21,647 bases of DNA, taken from positions 1-21,647 of IMG/VR virus record IMGVR_UViG_3300012849_000001; one strand, given 5' to 3'. Positions 4,885 through 13,894 of the stretch are shown piece after piece. The position numbers were made by a program, and so were the translations under genes. Under the pieces are notes generated by a model. It did no database searches. It had not been told where the DNA came from and was given only the letters and a program-made list of their open reading frames with translations. The stretch comes from a virus. The number at the start of each line of letters is the position of its first letter. Positions within the stretch are counted from its first letter, which is position 1.

Positions 4885-7062
4885 TCAGGGGGTGTAGGTC
4901 GCCCAGGTGACCGAGTCAGCGACGTCGGCCCAGGTCGTGTCGGCTGCGCCGGCCCACGAGTCGGCGGGGATCTCCTGCTGCCCCTTGGACGCGACCTGCA
5001 TGAGCCCGGTCGCGGTGTCGAACTGGACGGATCGGACCGTGCCGACGACCTGGCCGGATCCGGGCATCGACGCCCGCGACTGCATGCCCGGGGTCGCCCG
5101 GTAGTCCGTGAGCGACGTCACGCCCTGCACGCGGCCGCGAGCGGTCATGGCCGCCAGGATCGCCGCGGCCGCGCCCGGACCCGGATACGGGGTATCGCGG
5201 TACTCGACGAGCAGCACCTTGCCGGCAGCGCCGGCAGTGTCGTCCTTGGTGCGCGAGATCCCGTCCGCGTCGGTCCACGTGTAGCGGACGACCACGCCCT
5301 GCGCCCACACCTGCGCATCCTCACGGCTGATCAGGTCGTCGCCGGCGGTAGCGTTGCCGGCGGTGAGCACGACGCTGCCGTCGACGGTGTAGTCGGGCTT
5401 CACGAGCCGCCAGACACGCAGCTCGTCGCAGAACAGCCGCAGCCCGGCCGCGGTGACCAGCGCTTCCAGGAAGTCCCACGCGGTGGTGCCGGCGGACCAG
5501 ATCAGCGAGTCAGGGTCGATGCCGGGCTGCTTCGGCTTGCGGGTCGTGGCCGACGCGTGCGCGGGACCGAGGACCTCGTAGGTGTACTTCGAGTCGGCCG
5601 GGGTCGCACCGTCGAACCAGGTGATCGTGGTCGGGTAGACGCCCTCGTGCGCCATCCACGCCGTCGTGCGCAGCGTGTTCCCGTTCGCCCACTGCACACC
5701 GTCATCCGCATACACGAACGGGCCCAGGCGGGCGCCCACGGCGGGGATCTCGATCGTCCCCTTGACGAGCGTCCACGTGTTCACGGGCAGGTCGACGGTG
5801 GCGAGCTTGACACCGGTCTGCAGCAACTGCCCGTCAGCGCCGAAGATCTGACAGGAGAGCTTGACCTGCTTCGCTACCTGGGCGGACAGCGCCCAGCAGT
5901 ACACCGTGTAGGTCTTGCCGGGCGTGACCGGGACGTAGGGCACGAGCGTCGCGGTCTGCCCGAACGCGCCGCCCTGACCGTTGCCGCTGTTGCCGCTGAA
6001 GGTGGTCAGCGTCGCAGTGGTGAGGTCCGCGGCCGCGGGGATCGACCCGGCCGCCCAGCCGGTCTCACGCGACAGGTTGCCGTTGGTTCCGCCGGCGATC
6101 CAGTTGCCGACGATCGAGCGCACCGCCGGGTTCGGGAACAGCTGCGTCAACTCCCACACCGGCGTCACGTCCGCGTCGGTGCTGGTGCCCAGTTCGAGAA
6201 TCTCGAAGTCGTCGAACCGGAGTCCCGCGCTCGTGCCTCCTGCCGTCGCGGTCCCGGCGACACCGATCTCGTGCGTCGTCGCGGTCGCGACGAAGTCGCG
6301 CGAGACGTACTGGTAGGTGCTCGTCGGAGTGATGCCGGTGATGGCGGTCATGCCGGTGATCACGATGCGCGCGTTCGTCGCGCTGATGTTCCGCGTCCAC
6401 GCGCCGACGCGGTAAGTCTTGCCGATCGTGAAACCGGCGAACGTCTTGCGCGCCACGACGTCGCCTGCACCCGCACTGCTCAGACGGACGATCGCAAGAC
6501 TGTGAGTGCCGGTGCGCGGGCTCGACGTCGACCAGATCGCGTTCGTCGAAGTGTCGGCGATCCATCCGTCGATGCCGGCCTCGTAGCCGTCGTAGACGAG
6601 ACGGTCGAGCGTCGCGTCGGGGATGACCTTGCTCAGCACGTAATTGCATACCGACCGGAGTGAGCTCGCGAGACTCCAGGGGCCGGTGTCGTCGACGAGG
6701 GGCGCGTAGTCCTGCAGCAGCGCCTCGTCGGATGCGAGCTCGAGCGTGACGGTGCGGTCCTCAAACTGGACGCGCCTCGATCTGACGCCGAGGTCGAATC
6801 GGCGGCCGGCGTCGGGGACCCAGACGGTGTCGCCGGCACCGTTGACGGCGAACGCGCCGGTGACGGTCGGTGCGAGCGTCGCACGCAACGGTGTGCGCGG
6901 GTCGATGTCGATCGCGGCCTCGAAGTCGTCGAGGTGCAGCACGACCGTCGACTGCGCGTACGGGGACCAGGACGAGTCGATCGTGACCGGACCCTCGATC
7001 GCCGCCGCGCTCTCGCTGCCGAGCGTGACAGCGCAGTACGGGCGCAGCAGCTGCGTGCTCAC
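4885..7062 (-). CDS. Large tail tip / receptor-binding protein with two CBM-like (galactose-binding-like) modules, 725 aa
   Basis: Two similar segments carry GKTYRVGAWTR and GKTYTVYCWAL motifs. Position follows the Dit-like gene. GTG 7062 overlaps the upstream stop (GTGA). Confidence 0.65.
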   Translation of the reverse strand: MSTQLLRPYCAVTLGSESAAAIEGPVTIDSSWSPYAQSTVVLHLDDFEAAIDIDPRTPLRATLAPTVTGAFAVNGAGDTVWVPDAGRRFDLGVRSRRVQFEDRTVTLELASDEALLQDYAPLVDDTGPWSLASSLRSVCNYVLSKVIPDATLDRLVYDGYEAGIDGWIADTSTNAIWSTSSPRTGTHSLAIVRLSSAGAGDVVARKTFAGFTIGKTYRVGAWTRNISATNARIVITGMTAITGITPTSTYQYVSRDFVATATTHEIGVAGTATAGGTSAGLRFDDFEILELGTSTDADVTPVWELTQLFPNPAVRSIVGNWIAGGTNGNLSRETGWAAGSIPAAADLTTATLTTFSGNSGNGQGGAFGQTATLVPYVPVTPGKTYTVYCWALSAQVAKQVKLSCQIFGADGQLLQTGVKLATVDLPVNTWTLVKGTIEIPAVGARLGPFVYADDGVQWANGNTLRTTAWMAHEGVYPTTITWFDGATPADSKYTYEVLGPAHASATTRKPKQPGIDPDSLIWSAGTTAWDFLEALVTAAGLRLFCDELRVWRLVKPDYTVDGSVVLTAGNATAGDDLISREDAQVWAQGVVVRYTWTDADGISRTKDDTAGAAGKVLLVEYRDTPYPGPGAAAAILAAMTARGRVQGVTSLTDYRATPGMQSRASMPGSGQVVGTVRSVQFDTATGLMQVASKGQQEIPADSWAGAADTTWADVADSVTWATYTP

Positions 7063-7430
7063 GGCACGATCTCCTGGAAGTCGACGTACACGAGCCACAG
7101 GTGCCGGGTCTCGGGGTCCAGCTGGTAGGTCGCACTGCCTCGGTCAGCGATGACGTAGGTCATCGACACGGTCGAGCTCTCGTCGGAGACGAGCGAGAAC
7201 GACGCCGGCGCGGCGTGCAGGTTCACACACGTCGCGGCGGATCCCTCGTCAACGAAATACAGCTGCAGGCGACCCTTGCGGGGTGCTGCGGCGACGAGCG
7301 CGGTCGCGATCGTGCCGTCGAGCAGCTCGTGCACGATGTTCCGCGACTGTCGGGCGGGCGCCCACGCCTGATGGATGAGCTCGGGGCTCATCTGCCGGCC
7401 GGAGCCGTCGAGAATCGTGATCGTGTTCAT
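7059..7430 (-). CDS. Distal tail protein candidate (position-based), 123 aa
   Basis: Lies directly after the tape measure, with ATGA overlaps on both sides. Confidence 0.5.
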   Translation of the reverse strand: MNTITILDGSGRQMSPELIHQAWAPARQSRNIVHELLDGTIATALVAAAPRKGRLQLYFVDEGSAATCVNLHAAPASFSLVSDESSTVSMTYVIADRGSATYQLDPETRHLWLVYVDFQEIVP

Positions 7431-8620
7431 CCTGTGAGCTGCGCCGTTCCTGGTCGCTTCTCGACGTAGTTGACCGGAATGGTCACGCCGGCGAACCTCC
7501 TGGTCGTGAGCGCGTACATGTCGCGGTAGAACGCGCTGGTGTCGGCGCTGACTGCGACCGTCTTGTTGTGCAGCTCGTAGTCCTGCACCGTTGTGATGTC
7601 GCTGATTGCCTGCCCGGTCTCGGCGTCGACGACGACGACCTTCCCGTCGGGCAGCTGGTAGACGGTGTTGCCGAATTCATCGACCGACTTCGTCGCCTCG
7701 CCCGCAGCCACGGATGCTTCGGCGCTGGCGATCGCGACACGCGACAGCGCTTCGGCCTGAGCGTCGGCGATCGCGGGTCCTTCCGCGAGCCCCTGGTTCA
7801 GGCCGTCCATCGTGGCCTTGAGCGCCTCCCAGTCATCGATCCGGACGTTGCCGGGTGCGTCAGCGATCGCCTTCGAGGCCTCGGACGCGCTGATTCCCGC
7901 GGTGTCGAAGTCGCCGGCAAGGACGAGTAGCGCGGTGGGTAGGTCCGTGCCCAGGAGGTCCTTGAGCAGCATCGCCTGTCGGCGGGTGTCCTCGCCGCCG
8001 AGGATCTCTTTCATGCGGCGGTCGACCGCGGCCTGGTCGAGCCCGTCGCCGAGCTCGACGAAGTCGTTGATGACGCCTTCCTTGACCTGTTTCGACATCT
8101 CGGCGAACTTCGTGAGTTCGTCGACCATTGCGCCGACCAGACCGCTCAGTGCGCTGACGATCGCGCTGCCGGCTGCCCCGCCGATGCCTGCTGCAGTCGC
8201 GATCGAGCCGAGCGCGTCGACGGCCCCGGTGGCAGCCGAGCCGATATCACCGGACAGGACGTCCTTCGCGATCGAGCCGAGCTCGGTGAGGCTGCCCCCG
8301 GCCTTGGTCGCTCCGCCCTCGATCCCGGACGCGATGTCGTCGCCGGCGGCTTCGGCGGACTTGCCGGCGTCGGCGAGATCCTCGGTGGAGCTGGTGACCT
8401 CGTCGACGGCGCGCTTCGCACGGTCGAGGGGAACCCCGAACGCCGTCGAGAAATCGGACGCGATCTCGTCGGCGGTCTTGCCGGCCTGGGTGCCGAGCTC
8501 GACCGCTTGCTTCATCAGGTCGGCGAGGGCGTCGGCGTTGTCGTCGACCGCGGCCTCGGACTTGTCGAGCCCTGAGAGCCAGTTGACGACGTCGGCGATG
8601 AAGCGGACGGTTACTGCCAT
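7427..8620 (-). CDS. Tape measure protein, 397 aa
   Basis: Ala/Gly-rich helical protein with GxxxG-type stretches (AAGIGGAAGSAIVSALSGLVGAMV). Position is between the tail and tip genes. Trimmed to ATG 8620 (MAVTVRF...). Confidence 0.75.
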   Translation of the reverse strand: MAVTVRFIADVVNWLSGLDKSEAAVDDNADALADLMKQAVELGTQAGKTADEIASDFSTAFGVPLDRAKRAVDEVTSSTEDLADAGKSAEAAGDDIASGIEGGATKAGGSLTELGSIAKDVLSGDIGSAATGAVDALGSIATAAGIGGAAGSAIVSALSGLVGAMVDELTKFAEMSKQVKEGVINDFVELGDGLDQAAVDRRMKEILGGEDTRRQAMLLKDLLGTDLPTALLVLAGDFDTAGISASEASKAIADAPGNVRIDDWEALKATMDGLNQGLAEGPAIADAQAEALSRVAIASAEASVAAGEATKSVDEFGNTVYQLPDGKVVVVDAETGQAISDITTVQDYELHNKTVAVSADTSAFYRDMYALTTRRFAGVTIPVNYVEKRPGTAQLTG

Positions 8621-9168
8621 GAGCCGGCCACCTGACTCTGCACGTCGCCGGCGTCGGCGTCGAACACGGGGTCGTCGAACTGTCCCATGAGACCGTCGAC
8701 CCACGCGGTGACGTAGTCCTGCGACTGGGTGCCGATCGTCGGGTAGATGACGCGGCCCTTCGCGTTGCGGGGCGGTAGGTTCCGGCCGACCCAGATCAGC
8801 GTCGCGGCCTGGAACTCGCGGCCGCCGCCGAGACGGATCGTGCGGCGCCGGTTCGGCGCGGCGATCCGCCGCGGATTCATGCCGTAGTCCACGGCGTACC
8901 AGTGCGAACTGTCGAGTCCGCCCGACAGTGCCGGGCCGACGCCGGCGGTGAGGGTGAACCCGAGGTCGTCGACGTCGGCGTGAGCACCTGAGGCGAGCAG
9001 CTTGGTCTGCTGCGCGCCGGATGCCGCGGCCTGCAGCGCCGGTACCCAGGACGACTCGATCGCGGAGTCGGCGGCATCCCGCATCTCGTCCTGGGTGTCG
9101 GTCTGCGCACGCTGCAGCGTCAGCAGGACATCGCCCATGCTGTCGTTGACGTCGACGATCTTCAGCAT
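8611..9168 (-). CDS. Tail-associated protein in the tail-assembly-chaperone position, 185 aa
   Basis: Trimmed to ATG 9168 (MLKIVDV...). Located between the major-tail candidate and the tape measure. No slippery heptamer or second overlapping frame was seen. Confidence 0.5.
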   Translation of the reverse strand: MLKIVDVNDSMGDVLLTLQRAQTDTQDEMRDAADSAIESSWVPALQAAASGAQQTKLLASGAHADVDDLGFTLTAGVGPALSGGLDSSHWYAVDYGMNPRRIAAPNRRRTIRLGGGREFQAATLIWVGRNLPPRNAKGRVIYPTIGTQSQDYVTAWVDGLMGQFDDPVFDADAGDVQSQVAGSWQ

Positions 9169-9626
9169 CAGCCGGCCGGTACCTCTTCGGCCTCGGCGAC
9201 GGGCGCGGCGAGCCCTTCGGGCGGCGTCGGCGCCGGGACGATCGTGGGGCGTGCGACGAGGGTCAGGGTGATGTCGAACGTGCCGTGCTGGTTCGCGGCG
9301 CCGCCGACGGACGGGTCGGGGATCGACGCGATCAGGCCGGAGAAGTAGACCTCTCCGTCGCCCATCGGCGACCAGGTGACGGGTACGTCGGTGTCGTTGA
9401 AGTTGTCCCACAGGTAGCGCCACAGGGTGCCGTCGTCGAGGGTCTCCTGCACGCCGGTGAGGGTGATGGTGTAGCCGCGGGTCGGGCTGTCCGAGTAGTC
9501 GCGGTTGATCGCGGGCAGCACGATCGGCTGCGGCGCGTTCTGGACGATGTTGGTGACGAAGTCGCCGTAGTTGATCGCGGTGGCGGCGTCACCCAGCAGC
9601 AGGACGCAGGGTCCAACAAGGGTCAT
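9168..9626 (-). CDS. Major tail protein candidate, 152 aa
   Basis: Position and size. The C-terminus is an Ala/Pro/Glu-rich tail. Confidence 0.5.
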   Translation of the reverse strand: MTLVGPCVLLLGDAATAINYGDFVTNIVQNAPQPIVLPAINRDYSDSPTRGYTITLTGVQETLDDGTLWRYLWDNFNDTDVPVTWSPMGDGEVYFSGLIASIPDPSVGGAANQHGTFDITLTLVARPTIVPAPTPPEGLAAPVAEAEEVPAG

Positions 9627-10045
9627 GACAGGTACTCCTCTGTGATGGTGATCGCCCAGCCGGGGATCTTCGGGGCCTTCGGGTCTTCGCTGGTCGCGAA
9701 GTCGGTGGGGTCGACGGTCGCGGCCGCGGCACGCCAGGAGACGATGCCGGCGGCGGTGATCACGTCGAGGAGGTCGGAGCAGCGTGCCGCGGCCTCTACA
9801 GCCGGGCCGCCGGCGACCAGGCCGATCGTCCAGGTGACGCGGCGGATGCCGCGCGGTGCGGGGATCTGCACCTTCGGGAACGGGTAGACGATCACGCCGC
9901 CGGCGGCGGGGCTGCGGGACTGCATGAAGTCCAGGCCGGTGTTGGAGACGGTCACGAGCTCGGCGTCTTCGAGATCCTCGGCAGCCCAGATCGCGTCTTT
10001 GATCTGGGCAGTGAGCTGCGCGAGCCGGGCGGTGAGCTGGCTCAT
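9623..10045 (-). CDS. Head-tail joining / tail terminator-like protein (position-based), 140 aa
   Basis: Trimmed to ATG 10045 (MSQLTARL...), with ATGA overlaps on both sides. Confidence 0.5.
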   Translation of the reverse strand: MSQLTARLAQLTAQIKDAIWAAEDLEDAELVTVSNTGLDFMQSRSPAAGGVIVYPFPKVQIPAPRGIRRVTWTIGLVAGGPAVEAAARCSDLLDVITAAGIVSWRAAAATVDPTDFATSEDPKAPKIPGWAITITEEYLS

Positions 10046-10434
10046 GCCATCACCGGCCCGATATACGGGGCGAGGATCGGATACGCCGCGGTGTACGGGT
10101 TCGACCGCACCGGTGGCACCGCGGGCGCCTCCATCGGGTCGATGTTCGACCAGGTGCGTCGCCGGCGGAACAGTTGCGCGCCGACCTCCAGGAACGCCCG
10201 CTGATACGCGGTGACCGGCACGTTCGTCGCGGTGCCGATCGTGTCGGTGAGCCACTGGATCGCCTCGTCGGTGCAGTCGCCGACGTACACGGCGTCCGCG
10301 GAGCTGGCGTCGAGGCGCACGTCGACGTACACGGCGAGTTTCTGCTCGAGCGTGTCCCGATCCGGGTAGACGGGCGCGGCCGCGCCGAACGCGCGGCTGT
10401 AGGCGGCGTCGAACGGCGACCCGGGGGTGCTCAT
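10042..10434 (-). CDS. Head-tail adaptor-like protein (position-based), 130 aa
   Basis: Trimmed to ATG 10434 (MSTPGSPF...), with ATGA overlaps. Confidence 0.5.
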   Translation of the reverse strand: MSTPGSPFDAAYSRAFGAAAPVYPDRDTLEQKLAVYVDVRLDASSADAVYVGDCTDEAIQWLTDTIGTATNVPVTAYQRAFLEVGAQLFRRRRTWSNIDPMEAPAVPPVRSNPYTAAYPILAPYIGPVMA

Positions 10435-10640
10435 TCGTTCTCCAGCGCGGTCACCCGCACGTCGAGCTCGTCGATCGCGGCCTGCACGGCGGGCACGCCG
10501 GTCACGACGACCTCGTTGAGGGTGCTCTGTACCGACGCGGTGTAGTCCCATAGGCCAGTGACGATCTGGCGCAGATCGTCGGCGGAGATCTGCCCGGTGG
10601 TGTTGTCGGGCAGCAGCGCGAGCATGTCGTCGAGGTTCAC
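10431..10640 (-). CDS. Hypothetical small protein downstream of the capsid gene, 69 aa
   Basis: GTG start and coherent acidic/helical translation (LLPDNTTGQISADDLRQIV...). Confidence 0.55.
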   Translation of the reverse strand: MNLDDMLALLPDNTTGQISADDLRQIVTGLWDYTASVQSTLNEVVVTGVPAVQAAIDELDVRVTALENE

Positions 10641-10666
10641 AGCATCCCCTCTCGTGGATGCCGGTT

Positions 10667-10700
10667 CCCCGCGCGCCGCGATCGGAGTCGGCGCGCGGGG
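10667..10700 (-). terminator. Perfect 12-bp GC stem-loop (CCCCGCGCGCCG-N10-CGGCGCGCGGGG) right after the major capsid gene
   Basis: Inverted repeat read directly in the 70-nt gap after the TAG at 10711. No U tract is present. Confidence 0.4.
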
Positions 10701-10710
10701 ATCCGGGGTC

Positions 10711-11949
10711 CTACTTCGAGCTCGTCTTCGCGAGGGCGGGGGCCTCGACGGGCGCGGTGAGGGTGAGCGGCGTGAACAGGTCGGGCTTCGTGTTCAGGAA
10801 CGCGCCGAAGCCGGCGTAGCCGACCAGCTGGCCGAGCACGTCGGGCTCGGCGACCTGCATGAGCCCGTCGACGTCCTCGTACCACTCCAGGAACCGGGCC
10901 GGACCGACCACAGCGGTGCCGGCCGTGAGCCAGGGATCCACGACCAGTCGCAGGCCGAGCAGGTTGCCGGCGGCCGACGTCGGCGTGACGGACGGGAACA
11001 CGAGCGTGCCGTTGTTGTTGACCAGGCCGCCGAGCTGTCCCCACACGTCCGGGGATGCCCAGATCGTGTCGGGCAGCGGTGCCCCGTCGGCGGTCGTCAT
11101 CGCCGCGGCCGCGGCCTCGAAGATCGCGCCGGTCACACCGGCCGCGGTGAGGTCGCCGGCGATCGGGTCGTTCTCGATCGACGCGAGGAACTGAGTGACG
11201 GCGTCCTTGTCGGTCTCGACCGCGTAGCGGTGCACGAAGTCCTCGGCGACGATCTGCATGATGCCGGGGCTCGACCACTTGATGTCTTGCCGGGAGATGT
11301 TCAGGTGCCCGGCATAGGTCGACGCCGACACCGGCAGCTTGCCGATGAGCAGCTTCTGCGACGCGGTGAGATCCTTCTCAGCCGCCTGGATGCCGACCGC
11401 GACGTGCTGCGTGATCGTCGGCCGGTCGAAACTGCCGGCCGGGAGTCGCTTGTTCGCGATGGACGTGATGAACGGCCGGTCGTTGCTGGTCGCGGTGATG
11501 ACGGGCGCGACGATCGGGCGAGGGATAATGCCGGGGTTGTCGGCGGTGGTCTGGTGCGCGGTGGCACGCTCGATCAGCTCGCCGGCCTCCTTGTCGCCAC
11601 GCAACGCCCGCCCGACGGTCACGATGTAGTCACCCATCGTGGGGAACGCGTCGAGCAGCTCCTTCTCGGGATCCCGGTCACGCTCGACGACGACGGTCGT
11701 CGAGGTGCGCTGCGGTCGCGAGGGGACCTTGCTGGAGAGGTCGGCGACCTTCGAGCGGCTCACCTCGATCTCGGTGTAGTGCTCGATCGCCTTCTTGAGC
11801 TCCTCCGCGCGCGACGCATCACGGTCGATCGCGGTCTGCTCGTCCTTAGTGACTTCGCGGTTCTCGTCCGCGGCACGGTCGAGGGTCTCCTCGATGCCGT
11901 CGCTGATCTCTTCGAACTGCTCCTTGAGCGAGTCCAGGTACTTACCCAT
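10711..11949 (-). CDS. Major capsid protein, HK97-fold, with N-terminal coiled-coil delta/scaffold-like region, 412 aa
   Basis: Charged helical N-terminus (about 100 aa) followed by a capsid-like body. It follows the prohead protease, and GGAGG lies 9 nt upstream of the ATG. Confidence 0.85.
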   Translation of the reverse strand: MGKYLDSLKEQFEEISDGIEETLDRAADENREVTKDEQTAIDRDASRAEELKKAIEHYTEIEVSRSKVADLSSKVPSRPQRTSTTVVVERDRDPEKELLDAFPTMGDYIVTVGRALRGDKEAGELIERATAHQTTADNPGIIPRPIVAPVITATSNDRPFITSIANKRLPAGSFDRPTITQHVAVGIQAAEKDLTASQKLLIGKLPVSASTYAGHLNISRQDIKWSSPGIMQIVAEDFVHRYAVETDKDAVTQFLASIENDPIAGDLTAAGVTGAIFEAAAAAMTTADGAPLPDTIWASPDVWGQLGGLVNNNGTLVFPSVTPTSAAGNLLGLRLVVDPWLTAGTAVVGPARFLEWYEDVDGLMQVAEPDVLGQLVGYAGFGAFLNTKPDLFTPLTLTAPVEAPALAKTSSK

Positions 11950-12074
11950 GCGGGATGCCTCCGGTCAGATGCTGATGATCTGGCCGGGAGGCCGGTCGTC
12001 ACGTCTCGGGAATGCCCGTCTCGCGGGGGGTGCCGATGACGATCGCCGGGTTTGCGGCTCTACTGCCGCACACG

Positions 12075-12635
12075 TTACCTGTCCGCGCGCAGCTGGTCGA
12101 GCTTCGCGCGCAGCGCGTCACGGATCGGGGTCGGCTCGGGGATCACGGACTCACGGGCATAGAGGACGCCGGCGCCCTCGTACTGCGGCACCGCGGTCGC
12201 GGCGACATGGTCGAGCACGCACCAGGTGCGCACCTGCACGCCGGCGTCGTCGTGGGTCCGTTTCACGAGCGCACCGACTGACCACTTCGTGAGCTCGCCG
12301 GAGCGGGCCTCCTCGGCGAGCGGGTGATCACGGAAGATCCGGAACGCGGTGTACAGGCCGTCGTCGAGCTCGCGGACTTCCACACAGCGGCCGATGAGCG
12401 ACATGTCGATGTCGCGGTTGTGACCGGCAAGGAACCGGACCCCGCGGCCGCGGTTCTTCGCCGAGTTCTGGAACGCGCCGCACTCGAACCGCTCCTTGTA
12501 GAACTTCTTGCCGTCATCCGACACGGTCTGCGTGACGCCATACGGGACCACGCGACCGTAGACCGTCCACCCGTCACCGATCGTGTCGAGCACGTCGACC
12601 GGCAGCGACCGGGCAATCACGAGCTCGCTCATCAT
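12075..12635 (-). CDS. HK97-family prohead protease, 186 aa
   Basis: Trimmed to ATG 12635 (ATGA overlap with the portal stop). VPYGV...ERFECGAF...FLAGHN pattern. Position is portal-protease-capsid. Confidence 0.75.
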   Translation of the reverse strand: MMSELVIARSLPVDVLDTIGDGWTVYGRVVPYGVTQTVSDDGKKFYKERFECGAFQNSAKNRGRGVRFLAGHNRDIDMSLIGRCVEVRELDDGLYTAFRIFRDHPLAEEARSGELTKWSVGALVKRTHDDAGVQVRTWCVLDHVAATAVPQYEGAGVLYARESVIPEPTPIRDALRAKLDQLRADR

Positions 12636-13882
12636 CCGACTCCAATCGTGTTGAGCTCCGCGGCCGCGGCAGCCGCGTCGTCGAGGTGAGTGGTGTTGTT
12701 CTCCGCAGCAGCCGGCGCGACGGGCGCCGCCGGCATCGGGCCGCGGCCGATTCGCGCGCGCGCCTCGTCGACGGTGAGGATTTCTGCATTGACGTAGGCG
12801 ACCAGGACGTCGGCGACGGATTTCTGGTCGGCGCGCATCCGGGAGTCGTAGTCCCAGACGACGTCGGTGCCGGCCGGCAGCATCCACTTGCTCATGCCCT
12901 CGGTGAGCGGCCGCGCGTACCGGTCGACCGAGTCGCGCACGAAGTCGATGTCTCCGGTCTCGACGTTCTGGTACGTCATCGTCGGCCCTTCCAGGCCGAG
13001 CTTCCACACCGGCACGCCGACGACGTTCGCCACGGCGGTCGCATTCCAGGTGCGGGCCTCGATGAGCTGCGACTGCTCCGCATTGCCGACGATCGGTTTC
13101 AGCTCGGTGCCGTTGGGCAGCACGATCGGCTCACGTGTGGACATGACCTCACGCCATTTCGCCTTGACCTTGTCGAGATCGGTCTGCCCGGCGGCGCTGT
13201 TGACCGTGATCACGGCGGGCGGCAGCGCGCCGGCCGCGAACACGTCACGCGACCACTGCTCTGCGGCTTCGACGCCGGCGAGCCAGTCATGATGCTGGGC
13301 GAGGACGCCGCGGCCGAGGATCTCGCCCGAGCGAGCGCCGGCCGAGACGTGGAAGATCTCGTCAGGGTCGAACGCTTCGCCGCCGATCACCCACTGGTAC
13401 CAGCCCGGGGATGCCGGGTCGGTCATGATCCAGACCTCGTCGGCCGGCAGCGGCACGATCCAGCCGGGCCGCCCGGTACGCCAGTCCAGGTCACCGTTCA
13501 GGCCGAAGTGGTTGCCGTAGAGGATGAGATCCTCGGTGGCTCCCCATCGGTAGTTCCACAGGGTCTGCAGCGGTGACGGGTCGGTGACGATGTTGGGCTG
13601 GTCGGGCAGCGGAGCCCGGATGCCGAGCTGCTGGTCGTAGCGGCGGGCGTACCAGTCGGTGCCGGCGGCCGCGTTGCAGATCAGGTCGACCGCGCGGCCG
13701 AAGAACGGGTTCCCCATCGCCGAGTTCTCGGTGACGACTGGGACGTCGGGCACGCCCGGCCCGTAGAGGATCTCAGCCCGCGTCCACCTCTGGTCGGCCC
13801 GCGGCGACGTGATGCGGTTCACGACCTGCTGATTGCGGAGTCGCCTGGCGGCGTATGACAGGGCGACTGCGCGGGATGCCAC
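12632..13882 (-). CDS. Portal protein, 416 aa
   Basis: Size and position immediately after TerL. AGGAG lies 8 nt upstream of the GTG. Confidence 0.8.
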   Translation of the reverse strand: MASRAVALSYAARRLRNQQVVNRITSPRADQRWTRAEILYGPGVPDVPVVTENSAMGNPFFGRAVDLICNAAAGTDWYARRYDQQLGIRAPLPDQPNIVTDPSPLQTLWNYRWGATEDLILYGNHFGLNGDLDWRTGRPGWIVPLPADEVWIMTDPASPGWYQWVIGGEAFDPDEIFHVSAGARSGEILGRGVLAQHHDWLAGVEAAEQWSRDVFAAGALPPAVITVNSAAGQTDLDKVKAKWREVMSTREPIVLPNGTELKPIVGNAEQSQLIEARTWNATAVANVVGVPVWKLGLEGPTMTYQNVETGDIDFVRDSVDRYARPLTEGMSKWMLPAGTDVVWDYDSRMRADQKSVADVLVAYVNAEILTVDEARARIGRGPMPAAPVAPAAAENNTTHLDDAAAAAAELNTIGVG

Positions 13883-13894
13883 GGCCTGAGCTCC

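Noticed and set aside
4837-6663. Long + strand ORFs antisense to the structural and early genes (for example 4837..6663 at 608 aa, 10558..12039 at 493 aa, 14417..15868 at 483 aa, 16558..17535 at 325 aa, 20237..21301 at 354 aa, 3921..4910 at 329 aa)
   Set aside because: Their translations are Arg/Gly/Asp/Pro-rich low-complexity strings with no motifs. Each lies opposite a minus-strand gene with recognisable domains and gene order. Such shadow ORFs are expected in DNA this GC-rich.
11950-12074. Gene or regulatory element in the 125-nt protease-capsid gap (23-codon GTG ORF, CGAGACG x2, short CCGG hairpins)
   Set aside because: The ORF is too short and lacks an SD. The repeats are 7 nt and the hairpins 4 bp, within chance expectation. 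Only the GGAGG SD for the capsid gene is convincing.
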